From NCBI GenBank assembly GCA_042567505.1, contig JBHPJW010000004.1:1151-65150 (forward strand): a stretch of 64,000 nucleotides of DNA. Reading direction: 5' to 3'. The translations under genes were made by a program, and so were the position numbers. Numbering within the stretch: the first letter of the stretch is position 1; every line of letters begins with the position of its first letter. Below, piece after piece: positions 46,172-54,652 of this stretch. Below the pieces are notes generated by a model that was not told the DNA's origin, ran no database searches, and saw nothing but the letters and a program-made list of their open reading frames with translations. Origin of the DNA: Fibrobacterota bacterium. Lineage in GTDB: Bacteria; Fibrobacterota; Fibrobacteria; UBA11236; JADFYW01.

Positions 46172-47575
46172 ATGACAGAACAGCTTAGGATACTGCATAT
46201 CAACAACCATGATCTCGGCGGAGGGGCCGCCCGGGTGGCATGGGAGCTTCATCACGCCCAGAGGAAACGGGGCCATGATTCATGGCTGGCGGTGGGAAGC
46301 AGGAGGTCGGAAGAGGAACAGATTCTTCAGATTCCCGGGATTGCCACAGCCTGGAAAAGGGCCTGCGAAGGGATGCGAGGGAAGCTGGCTCCGTTCGAAA
46401 GAGAGGTGAAAGGCGTATGGCGGTTGATAAGCCTGTTAAAAACCTGGTCAGTCCCTCAGAGAGCCATAGAAGATCTCATGGGCAGGGAAAATTTCTACGC
46501 CCCTGGAACATACAAGATTCTTTCCCAGATAGGTTATAAGCCGGACATCATACACTGCCACAATCTGCAGGGCAGATATTTTGACCTCAGGATTCTGCCC
46601 CAATGGAGCAGGGACATCCCGACCGTCCTCACCATGCATGATCCCTGGCTTTTGAGCGGCCACTGCACCCATTCTTTTGAATGCGATCGCTGGAAGACAG
46701 GATGCGGGGCGTGCCCGGACCTGGATATCTTTCCCAGGATAACCAGGGACGGGACCCGTCGGAACTGGAACAGGAAGCGGAACATATACCGGAAAAGCCG
46801 CTTGTATGTGGTAGGAGACTGCAGCTGGGTTCATGAGAGAATGAAGGAATCAATGCTTGGCCCGGCAGTGGCGGGTTCGGAAGTCATTTTGCTGGGAGTT
46901 GATTTGTCGCTGTTCAAGCCCCGGGATAAGACTGACATCCGGAAACAAATGGGCCTGCCTTTAGACCGTCCGGTTCTGCTCTTTGCCGCCAGCACCATCA
47001 AACGGAACCAGTGGAAAGATTACCTCACCATGCAGGAGGCCGTGAAACTGGTCGGTGAGCGCCTGGGAACGGGACGGATTCTTTTCATGGCCCTGGGCGA
47101 GCAGGCGGAACCGATTATGGAGGAGAATTATGAAATACGTTTTTTCCCCTATGAAACTGATCCCGTGGTGGTAGCCGGATTCTACCAGGCTTCTGATCTT
47201 TATCTTCACGCCGCCCGGGCTGAGACGTTTCCCCAGGCCCCCATTGAGTCCCTGGCCTGCGGGACGCCGGTAATAGCCACAGCCATCGGAGGCATTCCCG
47301 AAGGAATAAAGGGACTCCGGAACGGGGAGGACGGGATTGATGGTGATAGTAACACGTATCCTGAACAGGAAGCAACAGGGGTGCTTGTGCCTCTGGGAAA
47401 CGCGCGAGCTATGGCTGGGGCGATTATGAAATTGATATCAGATAATCCATTAAGAATCCGGCTGGGGGAAAATGCCAGGAAGGACTGCGTTAGCAGGTTT
47501 GATCAGGAGCGGGTTGTCAACCAATACCTTGCGCTCTACAGGAGCTTGATCGGTTCGCGTTCTTCGATCGGATAA
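46172..47575 (+). CDS. GT4-family glycosyltransferase
   Basis: LRILHINNHDLGGGAARVA N-terminus, and C-terminal ARAETFPQAPIESLACGTPVIATAIGG. Confidence 0.8.
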   Translation: MTEQLRILHINNHDLGGGAARVAWELHHAQRKRGHDSWLAVGSRRSEEEQILQIPGIATAWKRACEGMRGKLAPFEREVKGVWRLISLLKTWSVPQRAIEDLMGRENFYAPGTYKILSQIGYKPDIIHCHNLQGRYFDLRILPQWSRDIPTVLTMHDPWLLSGHCTHSFECDRWKTGCGACPDLDIFPRITRDGTRRNWNRKRNIYRKSRLYVVGDCSWVHERMKESMLGPAVAGSEVILLGVDLSLFKPRDKTDIRKQMGLPLDRPVLLFAASTIKRNQWKDYLTMQEAVKLVGERLGTGRILFMALGEQAEPIMEENYEIRFFPYETDPVVVAGFYQASDLYLHAARAETFPQAPIESLACGTPVIATAIGGIPEGIKGLRNGEDGIDGDSNTYPEQEATGVLVPLGNARAMAGAIMKLISDNPLRIRLGENARKDCVSRFDQERVVNQYLALYRSLIGSRSSIG

Positions 47576-47594
47576 GACTCTTGGTATAACGCCT

Positions 47595-48656
47595 ATGCAA
47601 AAGATTGTCTCCTCGCAGCTGCTTCTGGTAACCAGACGCTGGGGCCAGAGGGGCGCACATTCAGACATTGATCATTTCCTGAGTTTTTTTCCAGGCGCTC
47701 ACGTGGTCTGCTCAGAGCATGGATGGAAAAGGCCGTATGCTATGCTAAAACAGATTAGCAAACTCGCCGGGCAGGACGGATATACCAGCTACAGCGCGGG
47801 GATTGAGTTGGTGGCTATGATTAAGGCGCTACGGTACAGGCCTAAGGTAATGCACTTCTGGTATGCTGAACATGATTATCATTTTGCCTGGCTGGCTGCC
47901 AGGCTGATAGGCGCCAAACTGGTTGGAAACTTCTTCTTTTCGGTGGAAGAGCTGGAGCGCAGGATTCCGAATAAGCATCATTTACGGCATCTGGATTTGA
48001 TAACTTCCTCCGGAAAACGGCAGATGGAATATTTGCGCAAGGTCCTAGGTCCGGAAAAGGTCGCCTATTTGCCCCTGGGTGTGGATACCGGATTTTTCGT
48101 TCCTTCCTTTCAGGATAATCCAAATCCCGCGAAGCACCCAATCCTGCTGCATGTGGGGGAAAACCGCCGGGATATCGTCACCTTAAAACAGGTCTTTTTG
48201 AAACTCCAGCAGCAGTTTCCCAAGACGCAACTGGAGATGGTCGGAGGAGACTTCGCCAGGAGGCGGTTTACCGGTATCAACTCGGTCACGTTTCACCCCT
48301 TTTTGGACGATGAGGACCTTCTGCAGGTGTATCAACGTGCGGACCTTTTGCTTCTGCCCTTGTTGGAAGGCGGTTCAAGCCAGACATTGAACGAAGCTCT
48401 TGCGACCGGGCTTCCCGTGGTTACTAACAATCTTCCCAACCTGGAGGATTATATTTCGAATTCCGCGGTATTCATGAGCCCTCAGGGGGACGCGGAATCC
48501 ATGGCCAATCATTGCGCTGCCTTATTACGGAACAGGCACAAGCTGCAGCAGGCCGCAAAAAGTGCCCGATCCCACGCAGAGCAGTATGACTTCCAGCATA
48601 TCCGAACACAACTGCTGGGATTGTATGAAGAGTATCTGGATTTTTCAGTTGTGTAA
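47595..48656 (+). CDS. GT4-like (GT-B) glycosyltransferase
   Basis: C-terminal LLLPLLEGGSSQTLNEALATGLPVVTNN (E-x7-E-like). The N-terminal domain is divergent. Confidence 0.65.
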   Translation: MQKIVSSQLLLVTRRWGQRGAHSDIDHFLSFFPGAHVVCSEHGWKRPYAMLKQISKLAGQDGYTSYSAGIELVAMIKALRYRPKVMHFWYAEHDYHFAWLAARLIGAKLVGNFFFSVEELERRIPNKHHLRHLDLITSSGKRQMEYLRKVLGPEKVAYLPLGVDTGFFVPSFQDNPNPAKHPILLHVGENRRDIVTLKQVFLKLQQQFPKTQLEMVGGDFARRRFTGINSVTFHPFLDDEDLLQVYQRADLLLLPLLEGGSSQTLNEALATGLPVVTNNLPNLEDYISNSAVFMSPQGDAESMANHCAALLRNRHKLQQAAKSARSHAEQYDFQHIRTQLLGLYEEYLDFSVV

Positions 48657-48720
48657 GGTCCAGAGGATTCTGAATTTTCGAATAGATTCTCCAGCTTAAC
48701 CCATTTGAAGTTGCCTGCTT

Positions 48721-48734
48721 GCCGTCACTTCGAA
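48721..48734. repeat. 14-nt element GCCGTCACTTCGAA (left copy of an inverted pair)
   Basis: Exact reverse complement of 51498-51511. It lies in the intergenic gap upstream of the methyltransferase at 48803. It is also part of a local hairpin CCGTCAC...GTGACGG (48722-48754). Confidence 0.6.
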
Positions 48735-48802
48735 TAGGTCTTTAAACGTGACGGATTTTGGCCTGTTTTAAAAGATCCCGCCTTTTAGACGCCTAGCCCC
48801 CC

Positions 48803-49561
48803 ATGTTCATATACTACAACAGGAAAAATGACACCTATAAGGTCATCCCGAAAAGGGTGGCCGCTTCATCTCAACTTTCAACTGAATGGCTGCTGCGGTC
48901 TCTGTTGATGGCCAGGAAGTGGTCCCGGGGAGTTCTGCTGGATATCGGCTGCGGCGACAAACCATACCGTGATCTGTTCGAGGCCCGGAGATATATTGGA
49001 GGAGACTGGCCCGATTCTCCACATGCAAGCGAGGGGATTGACGTCTTCATGGACGCTTCAATTTTGCCGTTTAAGTCATCAAGTTTTCATACTGTTATTT
49101 TTACAGAGGTTCTCGAGCACCTTGCCGATCCTCACAGGGCCTTAAGAGAGATTTCAAGGGTGATGAAATCCGATGGAAAGGTGATTTTATCCGTCCCGTT
49201 TGTCCATTGGATTCACGAATCTCCCCATGACTATTACCGGTACACGGAATATGGTTTAAAACGAGTGTTGGAGGAGAACGGCCTTGAGGTGATTGAGCAG
49301 CACAACCGGGGCGGGGCGCTCACGGTTGCCTTGGATATCTCCGGCCGGGCGGTGTCCATGCTGCTGTCACAGGTGTTAAAGAAACTCGGCGTTTCCAGGG
49401 CGCTGATTCAAATGACTCAAAGGGTAATGGTCGCTTGGCCGCAATTACTCTATGCCAAAGCCTTTTTTATCCTGTATCATTGGCTTCCGCGTCTGGCGGG
49501 TTTTCTAGATCCTTCTGTTCGTCTGACTCTGGGATATGTCATAGTGGCCAGGCGGAGGTAA
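48803..49561 (+). CDS. Class I SAM methyltransferase (Methyltransf_11-like)
   Basis: Motif I LLDIGCGDKPY, and FTEVLEHLADP. Confidence 0.75.
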   Translation: MFIYYNRKNDTYKVIPKRVAASSQLSTEWLLRSLLMARKWSRGVLLDIGCGDKPYRDLFEARRYIGGDWPDSPHASEGIDVFMDASILPFKSSSFHTVIFTEVLEHLADPHRALREISRVMKSDGKVILSVPFVHWIHESPHDYYRYTEYGLKRVLEENGLEVIEQHNRGGALTVALDISGRAVSMLLSQVLKKLGVSRALIQMTQRVMVAWPQLLYAKAFFILYHWLPRLAGFLDPSVRLTLGYVIVARRR

Positions 49562-49567
49562 GTTCAC

Positions 49568-51442
49568 GTGTGCGGCATAGCTGGTGAACTGAGATTTGAA
49601 GCGGCCGGAAAGGCCGGAGCGGATTGGGACTATATCTCTGAACTGATGCGGCGCCGGGGGCCCGATGATCAGGGGAGATGGGATGACGAATCCTGCACGC
49701 TTGTCTTCAGGCGTCTGTCTATTCTGGATTTGACTCCCGCGGGTCATCAGCCCATGTGCGATGACAGCGGGCGTTTCTGGCTTACCTATAACGGGGAGGT
49801 TTATAACTTCAGGGAAATGAGAAGGGACCTGGAAGGCAGAGGGATCAGCTTTACCTCTTCTGGGGACTCGGAGGTGGTCTTGTACGCTCTGAGGGAGTGG
49901 GGGAAGAGGGCATTGGATAAATTTAACGGAATATTCGCGCTGGCCTTTTACGATTCAGAAGGAAAAAAGCTATTGCTGGCCAGGGATCACGCCGGAATAA
50001 AACCGCTGTACTATATGCTGACAGAACAGGGCGTGATGTTTGCGTCTCAATATGACCAGGTGCTGGCCCATCCCGGAAGCGCCGGCCAGAAAGTTTCCCG
50101 CCGCGCCCTGGGCATGTATCTGCGGCTTGGCTACGTGTCCGCGCCGGACGCCATGCTGGAAAACACACACATGCTGGAACCCGGAGAATGGGTAGAGGTG
50201 GATTTTCGGGGTCATGTCCGCCGGGACAGGTTTTATTCCTTTCCCGTGTTTCAGGAAACGTCCCTTTCGGGGGAAGAAGGATATGAGGCCCTTGACGAAT
50301 GTCTTTCCCGGGCGGTACGGCGACAGATGATCAGCGATGCCCCGTTAGGCTGCTTTCTCTCCGGCGGAATTGATTCTCCCCTGATTGCGGCCATCGCACA
50401 GGCATCAAGCACAGCACCGTTAAAGGCATTCACCCTTGGGATTGATAACGATCGCCGTGATGAGTCCGGCGACGCGAGTCTATACGCCGGGGCGCTGGGC
50501 GTTGAACATCATGTAAAAAATATCAGGCTGGACGAGACTTTCTCATTGATACGGCAGGCGTTACATGCCGGCGGGGAGCCCTTTTCGGATTATTCTATCA
50601 TACCCACCATGCGCATCTCCGGAGAATCATCAAGGCAGGTCAAGGTCATGCTGTCTGGCGACGGGGGGGATGAGCTGTTCTGGGGATACGTGGATCGGTT
50701 TGCCTCCACTATACAGAGGAGTCCGGATTTCCGGCGTCCCCTCTGGTGGAGAAAAGCGAGATGGGGGATGAAGAAATACCTCAATCTGGGCGATGGATAT
50801 TATAATCTTGCGTATCCTGATATAGGCGCCTGGCAGCTGGATAAACACAGCCGTCTGCGCGAGGCCTGGTTTCGGCAGGTATTTCCGGAGGCGCCGGCAT
50901 GGCCGCAGGAAAGAACCGGTTTTGAGTACCGGGGATGGATTCGGGAGGAAACCGCTCAATGGCTTCGTTGGAATGAATTTGTCACGCACCTGACCATGGT
51001 GCTGTTAAAAGTGGATAGGGCCAGCATGTTCCATTCCCTGGAAGTCAGGGTTCCTTTTCTTGATAAAGAAGTAATTGACACGGCGCTCAAAATAGACTGG
51101 CAATCCTGCATTGACCTGAAAAGAAACATAGGTAAACTTCCCTTACGTCAGGCCCTGAAAAAAAGGCTGCCGGTACAGACCCTGGGTAAGAGGGGCTTCG
51201 AGGTGCCCATGGACAAATGGCTTAGGACATCACTGGCGCCCTTGCTGGAGGAATTTGTGTTCACCCGCAATCAGATCATGGGCGTCACGCTCAACACCTC
51301 CGGGATTAAGAAGATGTACGTGGAACATGAGTCCGGGCGCCTCAACCTTTCCCGTCCTCTCTGGTTAATCCTGAGCCTGTCCCTCTGGGAGAAACAGTAC
51401 CTGGACTACAGGGGAAGAAAGCGGCCAGACTCGGTATTTTGA
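49568..51442 (+). CDS. asnB: Asparagine synthase (glutamine-hydrolysing) family amidotransferase
   Basis: A GTG start gives MCGIAGE, the Ntn Cys nucleophile. PP-loop FLSGGIDS. 624 aa. Confidence 0.9.
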   Translation: MCGIAGELRFEAAGKAGADWDYISELMRRRGPDDQGRWDDESCTLVFRRLSILDLTPAGHQPMCDDSGRFWLTYNGEVYNFREMRRDLEGRGISFTSSGDSEVVLYALREWGKRALDKFNGIFALAFYDSEGKKLLLARDHAGIKPLYYMLTEQGVMFASQYDQVLAHPGSAGQKVSRRALGMYLRLGYVSAPDAMLENTHMLEPGEWVEVDFRGHVRRDRFYSFPVFQETSLSGEEGYEALDECLSRAVRRQMISDAPLGCFLSGGIDSPLIAAIAQASSTAPLKAFTLGIDNDRRDESGDASLYAGALGVEHHVKNIRLDETFSLIRQALHAGGEPFSDYSIIPTMRISGESSRQVKVMLSGDGGDELFWGYVDRFASTIQRSPDFRRPLWWRKARWGMKKYLNLGDGYYNLAYPDIGAWQLDKHSRLREAWFRQVFPEAPAWPQERTGFEYRGWIREETAQWLRWNEFVTHLTMVLLKVDRASMFHSLEVRVPFLDKEVIDTALKIDWQSCIDLKRNIGKLPLRQALKKRLPVQTLGKRGFEVPMDKWLRTSLAPLLEEFVFTRNQIMGVTLNTSGIKKMYVEHESGRLNLSRPLWLILSLSLWEKQYLDYRGRKRPDSVF

Positions 51443-51497
51443 TGGGTAGAGAGACTTAGGATTGAACCGTCAGATCCCCTGCTATTTGGCGGGTTCC

Positions 51498-51511
51498 TTC
51501 GAAGTGACGGC
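51498..51511. repeat. 14-nt element TTCGAAGTGACGGC (right copy of the inverted pair)
   Basis: Exact reverse complement of 48721-48734. It lies in the convergent gap between asnB and the minus-strand GT2. Confidence 0.6.
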
Positions 51512-51539
51512 TTCAGGTTTGTAACAATGGAACACAGCC

Positions 51540-52478
51540 TCAATCAAGGAAAATCAGGCCTCCCTTTTTAGAGAGTTCCCTGCTTTTTTTTACCCCGGGT
51601 AAGCTCAGTAAAACTTTGCACAGCACTTCACAGTCCGACCACAGCCTGGCGGGGGAAAGTTTTACCGCGCTGGTTATGATGCCCAGTATCAGGTCTTTGA
51701 TTTCGCGGATCGCTGTCCAAAGATATGGTTTGTTCAGGTCTTTTAACTTCAACAGAACCCTTACATATTTTCTTTTGGGATTTAGTTCCAGATCCACCGG
51801 TTTATCGTAAGAACTGAGGTGTTGGCCGTGGAAGATGACAGTGTTCGGGCAGATTCCCGCTTTATATCCGTGATACCTCAGCCTGGAGATGAAATCATTG
51901 TCTTCGCAGTAATGGGGAAATACAGGATCAAAGCCTCCAACGCGCTCAATACATCTTCTGGGTATCAGCCAGGCTGCGGCGCTGACAAAATTGATTTCAT
52001 AAATTTCTTTCAGCGGTTTTTTCAGATACAAATCGGAAAAGAAATACCGGCAGCTCCTTGAGTTGGCGAAAAAGGCGAAAGTGTACTCCAGTTCCGTCCC
52101 TTCTCCATTCAGATGCACCGGACTGAGAATTCCATACCCGGGATGTTTGACGGACATTTGTGTCAAATGGCTTACCGTGTTTTCGTTTATCCATGCGTCC
52201 TGGTTCAACAGAAAGATGAAGTCCGCCCCTTTGGCAAGAGCTATGTTAATTCCCTGGTTATTAGCTTTGCCAAAGCCCAGGTTTTGGCGGTTGCTAACGG
52301 TATGAATCTGGGGGAACTGTTTTTTTACGTAATCAACAGTTCCGTCAGTGGAATGGTTGTCAACCAGCACCGTGTTCAGAGGCACCGAGGAATTGGCCAG
52401 GCTTTCCAGGCATTTCTTTATCCAGGAAAGGCCATTCCAGGTGGCGATGATCGCATAGATGGAGATCTGCTTATCCAT
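51540..52478 (-). CDS. GT2-family glycosyltransferase (rhamnosyltransferase-like); the only minus-strand gene in the locus
   Basis: YAIIATWNGLSWIKKCLESL, VLVDNHSTDGT, GFGKANNQG and LLNQDA. I prefer the internal ATG at 52478 (MDKQISIYAII), because the 51-codon upstream extension of the track ORF (to 52631) overlaps the divergent gene. Confidence 0.75.
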   Translation of the reverse strand: MDKQISIYAIIATWNGLSWIKKCLESLANSSVPLNTVLVDNHSTDGTVDYVKKQFPQIHTVSNRQNLGFGKANNQGINIALAKGADFIFLLNQDAWINENTVSHLTQMSVKHPGYGILSPVHLNGEGTELEYTFAFFANSRSCRYFFSDLYLKKPLKEIYEINFVSAAAWLIPRRCIERVGGFDPVFPHYCEDNDFISRLRYHGYKAGICPNTVIFHGQHLSSYDKPVDLELNPKRKYVRVLLKLKDLNKPYLWTAIREIKDLILGIITSAVKLSPARLWSDCEVLCKVLLSLPGVKKSRELSKKGGLIFLD

Positions 52479-52586
52479 AGAAGATGTGGTTTCTGAAAGA
52501 ATTAGAAGAAATAATAGAAAAGCATGCATTCGAAATAAACTTGATTCTTTTGAATGCGCTGGTAAAATCAGTTTGTGGTGGTCGCC

Positions 52587-53525
52587 ATGGATAATACACC
52601 CCCGAAAGTTTCTGTCATCATGGCCACTCATAACCGGGCGGATATTTTGCCTGTCTCGGTCTCATCGGTTTTGGAACAGACCTTCAGGGACTTTGAGTTC
52701 ATCATTACCGACGACGCCTCCTCCGACCATACGCCCTCTGTCCTCAAGGACTTGCATAATGGGGATGACCGCATCATCTATCAGCGTTCGGAGCAGAACA
52801 TCGGTCCGGGGGCTGCCAGGAACATGGCAATAGAAAGGTCCCGTGGGGAGTATGTGGCCATTATGGATGATGATGACGCCTGCAGGCCTCACCGTCTTGA
52901 GAGGGAAATAAAAGTGCTGGACAGTCATCCCGATGTAGGCCTGGTTTTCTCTTCAGTTGAATGGATAAATGAAAACCAGGAGCTTATCCTGATTTCTCCC
53001 GGAATTGTCCAGGCCGGCCGGTTTCCGGAGGATCCCGATGGAGTGTTTGAACTGCTCCACCTGGAGGGAAGCAAAATCCCCAATCCCACCGTGATGGCGC
53101 GCAGGGACATAATCGCCGGCTTCAAATATCCCTCTTATCCCTGGGGTCCGGAAGACAGATATATGTATTTGCAAATGGCCGCCAGGGGAGTGAAAATGAA
53201 AGCCATTTCAGAGCCCCTGGTCATCCAGCGCCGGGAAACAAATGCCTCAAATCTCATGAACCAGAAGGCGAATGCCTTCCGGGCCCAGAGAATTATTAAC
53301 CAGATGATTATCTCCTGGCTCAGGCAAAACCGCATTACCAGGTTTGACCATCTGCACAAGCTGGCCGTCTCAAATCAGTTCATCCGTGAGGCCAGGTACT
53401 GGCAGGGGCTCCGAGGACTGTCTCTCTGCTTACTCTCGGTTCTCCGGGCGCCGGCTCATAAAAGGGCATACCAGACCTTACTATGGTTTATAAAAAAAGC
53501 GGTCAATAAGCTTGTTCCGTCCTGA
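52587..53525 (+). CDS. GT2-family glycosyltransferase
   Basis: VSVIMATHNRADIL, IITDDASSDHT, GPGAARN and IMDDDD. ATG at 52587, with an alternative GTG at 52575. Confidence 0.8.
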   Translation: MDNTPPKVSVIMATHNRADILPVSVSSVLEQTFRDFEFIITDDASSDHTPSVLKDLHNGDDRIIYQRSEQNIGPGAARNMAIERSRGEYVAIMDDDDACRPHRLEREIKVLDSHPDVGLVFSSVEWINENQELILISPGIVQAGRFPEDPDGVFELLHLEGSKIPNPTVMARRDIIAGFKYPSYPWGPEDRYMYLQMAARGVKMKAISEPLVIQRRETNASNLMNQKANAFRAQRIINQMIISWLRQNRITRFDHLHKLAVSNQFIREARYWQGLRGLSLCLLSVLRAPAHKRAYQTLLWFIKKAVNKLVPS

Positions 53526-54648
53526 TAGACAGAAGCCTTTCCGCGTGTTGTTCACCATACCGAACTTTATCACCGCCCATTCCGGACGGGCCATGCTGGA
53601 TATAATTGAGAGACTGGACAGGCACTTGTTTGAGCCCTGGATTTGTGTGCAGAAAAGGGGCGGAAAACTGGAAAAAAGAGCTGAAGATATGGGGGTTCCT
53701 CTTTTGGAACTTCCCTTTACCGTGAAGGCCCTGCCTTACCCGGGCCTGCTTTTCCGGGCATGGAATGCGGCGGCAAAATTTAGAAAATACCGGTTTGTCC
53801 TATGGCATTCCTTTCATTATCTGGACGATTATACTGAACCGCTCATTGCCAGGTTTTCCGGCGCAAGCAAGTGGGTGTATACTAAAAAGAACATGTCCTG
53901 GAACAGCCGCTCATGGTTTTTGAGAACGCTGTTCGCTTCTCATGTTATGGCTGAGAACAAAGACATGTTGAAATGTTTTTTTGACCGATCCTTGTTCAGG
54001 AAAAAGACCTCCCTTTCTCCCCGGGGCGTGGATACCGAAAAATACCGCCCGAACGCTGCTGTTCCCATGAACATTCGTGGAAAACTGGGAATCCCCCGGG
54101 ACTCACTGCTGATATGCTGTACCGCCCACCTCATCCCCATCAAGGGCCATCAGTACCTGGTCCGCGCGGTATCGCGGCTTGGAAAGGACATTCACCTGGT
54201 ATTGGCCGGCCGGGAGCAGCACGGGGCATATGCAAAGTCCATCAGGGACCTTATAAGGAAACTTGATCTGTCCGGCAGGGTCCATTTGTTGGGAGGCATC
54301 AGTAATATCGCCGACCTGCTTGGAGAAACAGACGTCTATGTACTGCCCACCATCCCTCCGGGAGAGGGATGCGGTGTAACCACCCTGGAAGCCATGAGCG
54401 CGGGCCGGGCATGTGTGGTCACGGATGTCCCCGGTTCGCGGGACCTGATAACACACGGGGAGAGCGGGTTTCTCGTGCCGGCTGAGGACTCGCACAACTT
54501 GTCTGAGGCCCTGCGGAGGTTAATTGACTCGCCTGAGCTGAGAGAAATAATGGGAAAAGCCGCCCGGCAGCGGGCTATAAGTCATTTCAGTGTTGAAGCG
54601 GAAGCGAAACGGCATGAAGCTGTCTATTTAGAACTGTTGAGGAGATAA
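53512..54648 (+). CDS. GT4-family glycosyltransferase
   Basis: FRVLFTIPNF N-terminus and PPGEGCGVTTLEAMSAGRACVVTDVPG. TTG start at 53512, which overlaps the upstream gene, or GTG at 53545. Confidence 0.8.
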   Translation: MFRPDRQKPFRVLFTIPNFITAHSGRAMLDIIERLDRHLFEPWICVQKRGGKLEKRAEDMGVPLLELPFTVKALPYPGLLFRAWNAAAKFRKYRFVLWHSFHYLDDYTEPLIARFSGASKWVYTKKNMSWNSRSWFLRTLFASHVMAENKDMLKCFFDRSLFRKKTSLSPRGVDTEKYRPNAAVPMNIRGKLGIPRDSLLICCTAHLIPIKGHQYLVRAVSRLGKDIHLVLAGREQHGAYAKSIRDLIRKLDLSGRVHLLGGISNIADLLGETDVYVLPTIPPGEGCGVTTLEAMSAGRACVVTDVPGSRDLITHGESGFLVPAEDSHNLSEALRRLIDSPELREIMGKAARQRAISHFSVEAEAKRHEAVYLELLRR

Positions 54649-54652
54649 TAAC

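Noticed and set aside
52479-52631. 51-codon N-terminal extension of the minus-strand GT2 ORF, and the plus-strand ORFs at 52113..52833
   Set aside because: The extension overlaps the divergent GT2 start and precedes the conserved GT2 N-terminus (YAIIATWNG). The internal ATG at 52478 gives a normal architecture. The plus-strand ORFs are shadows.
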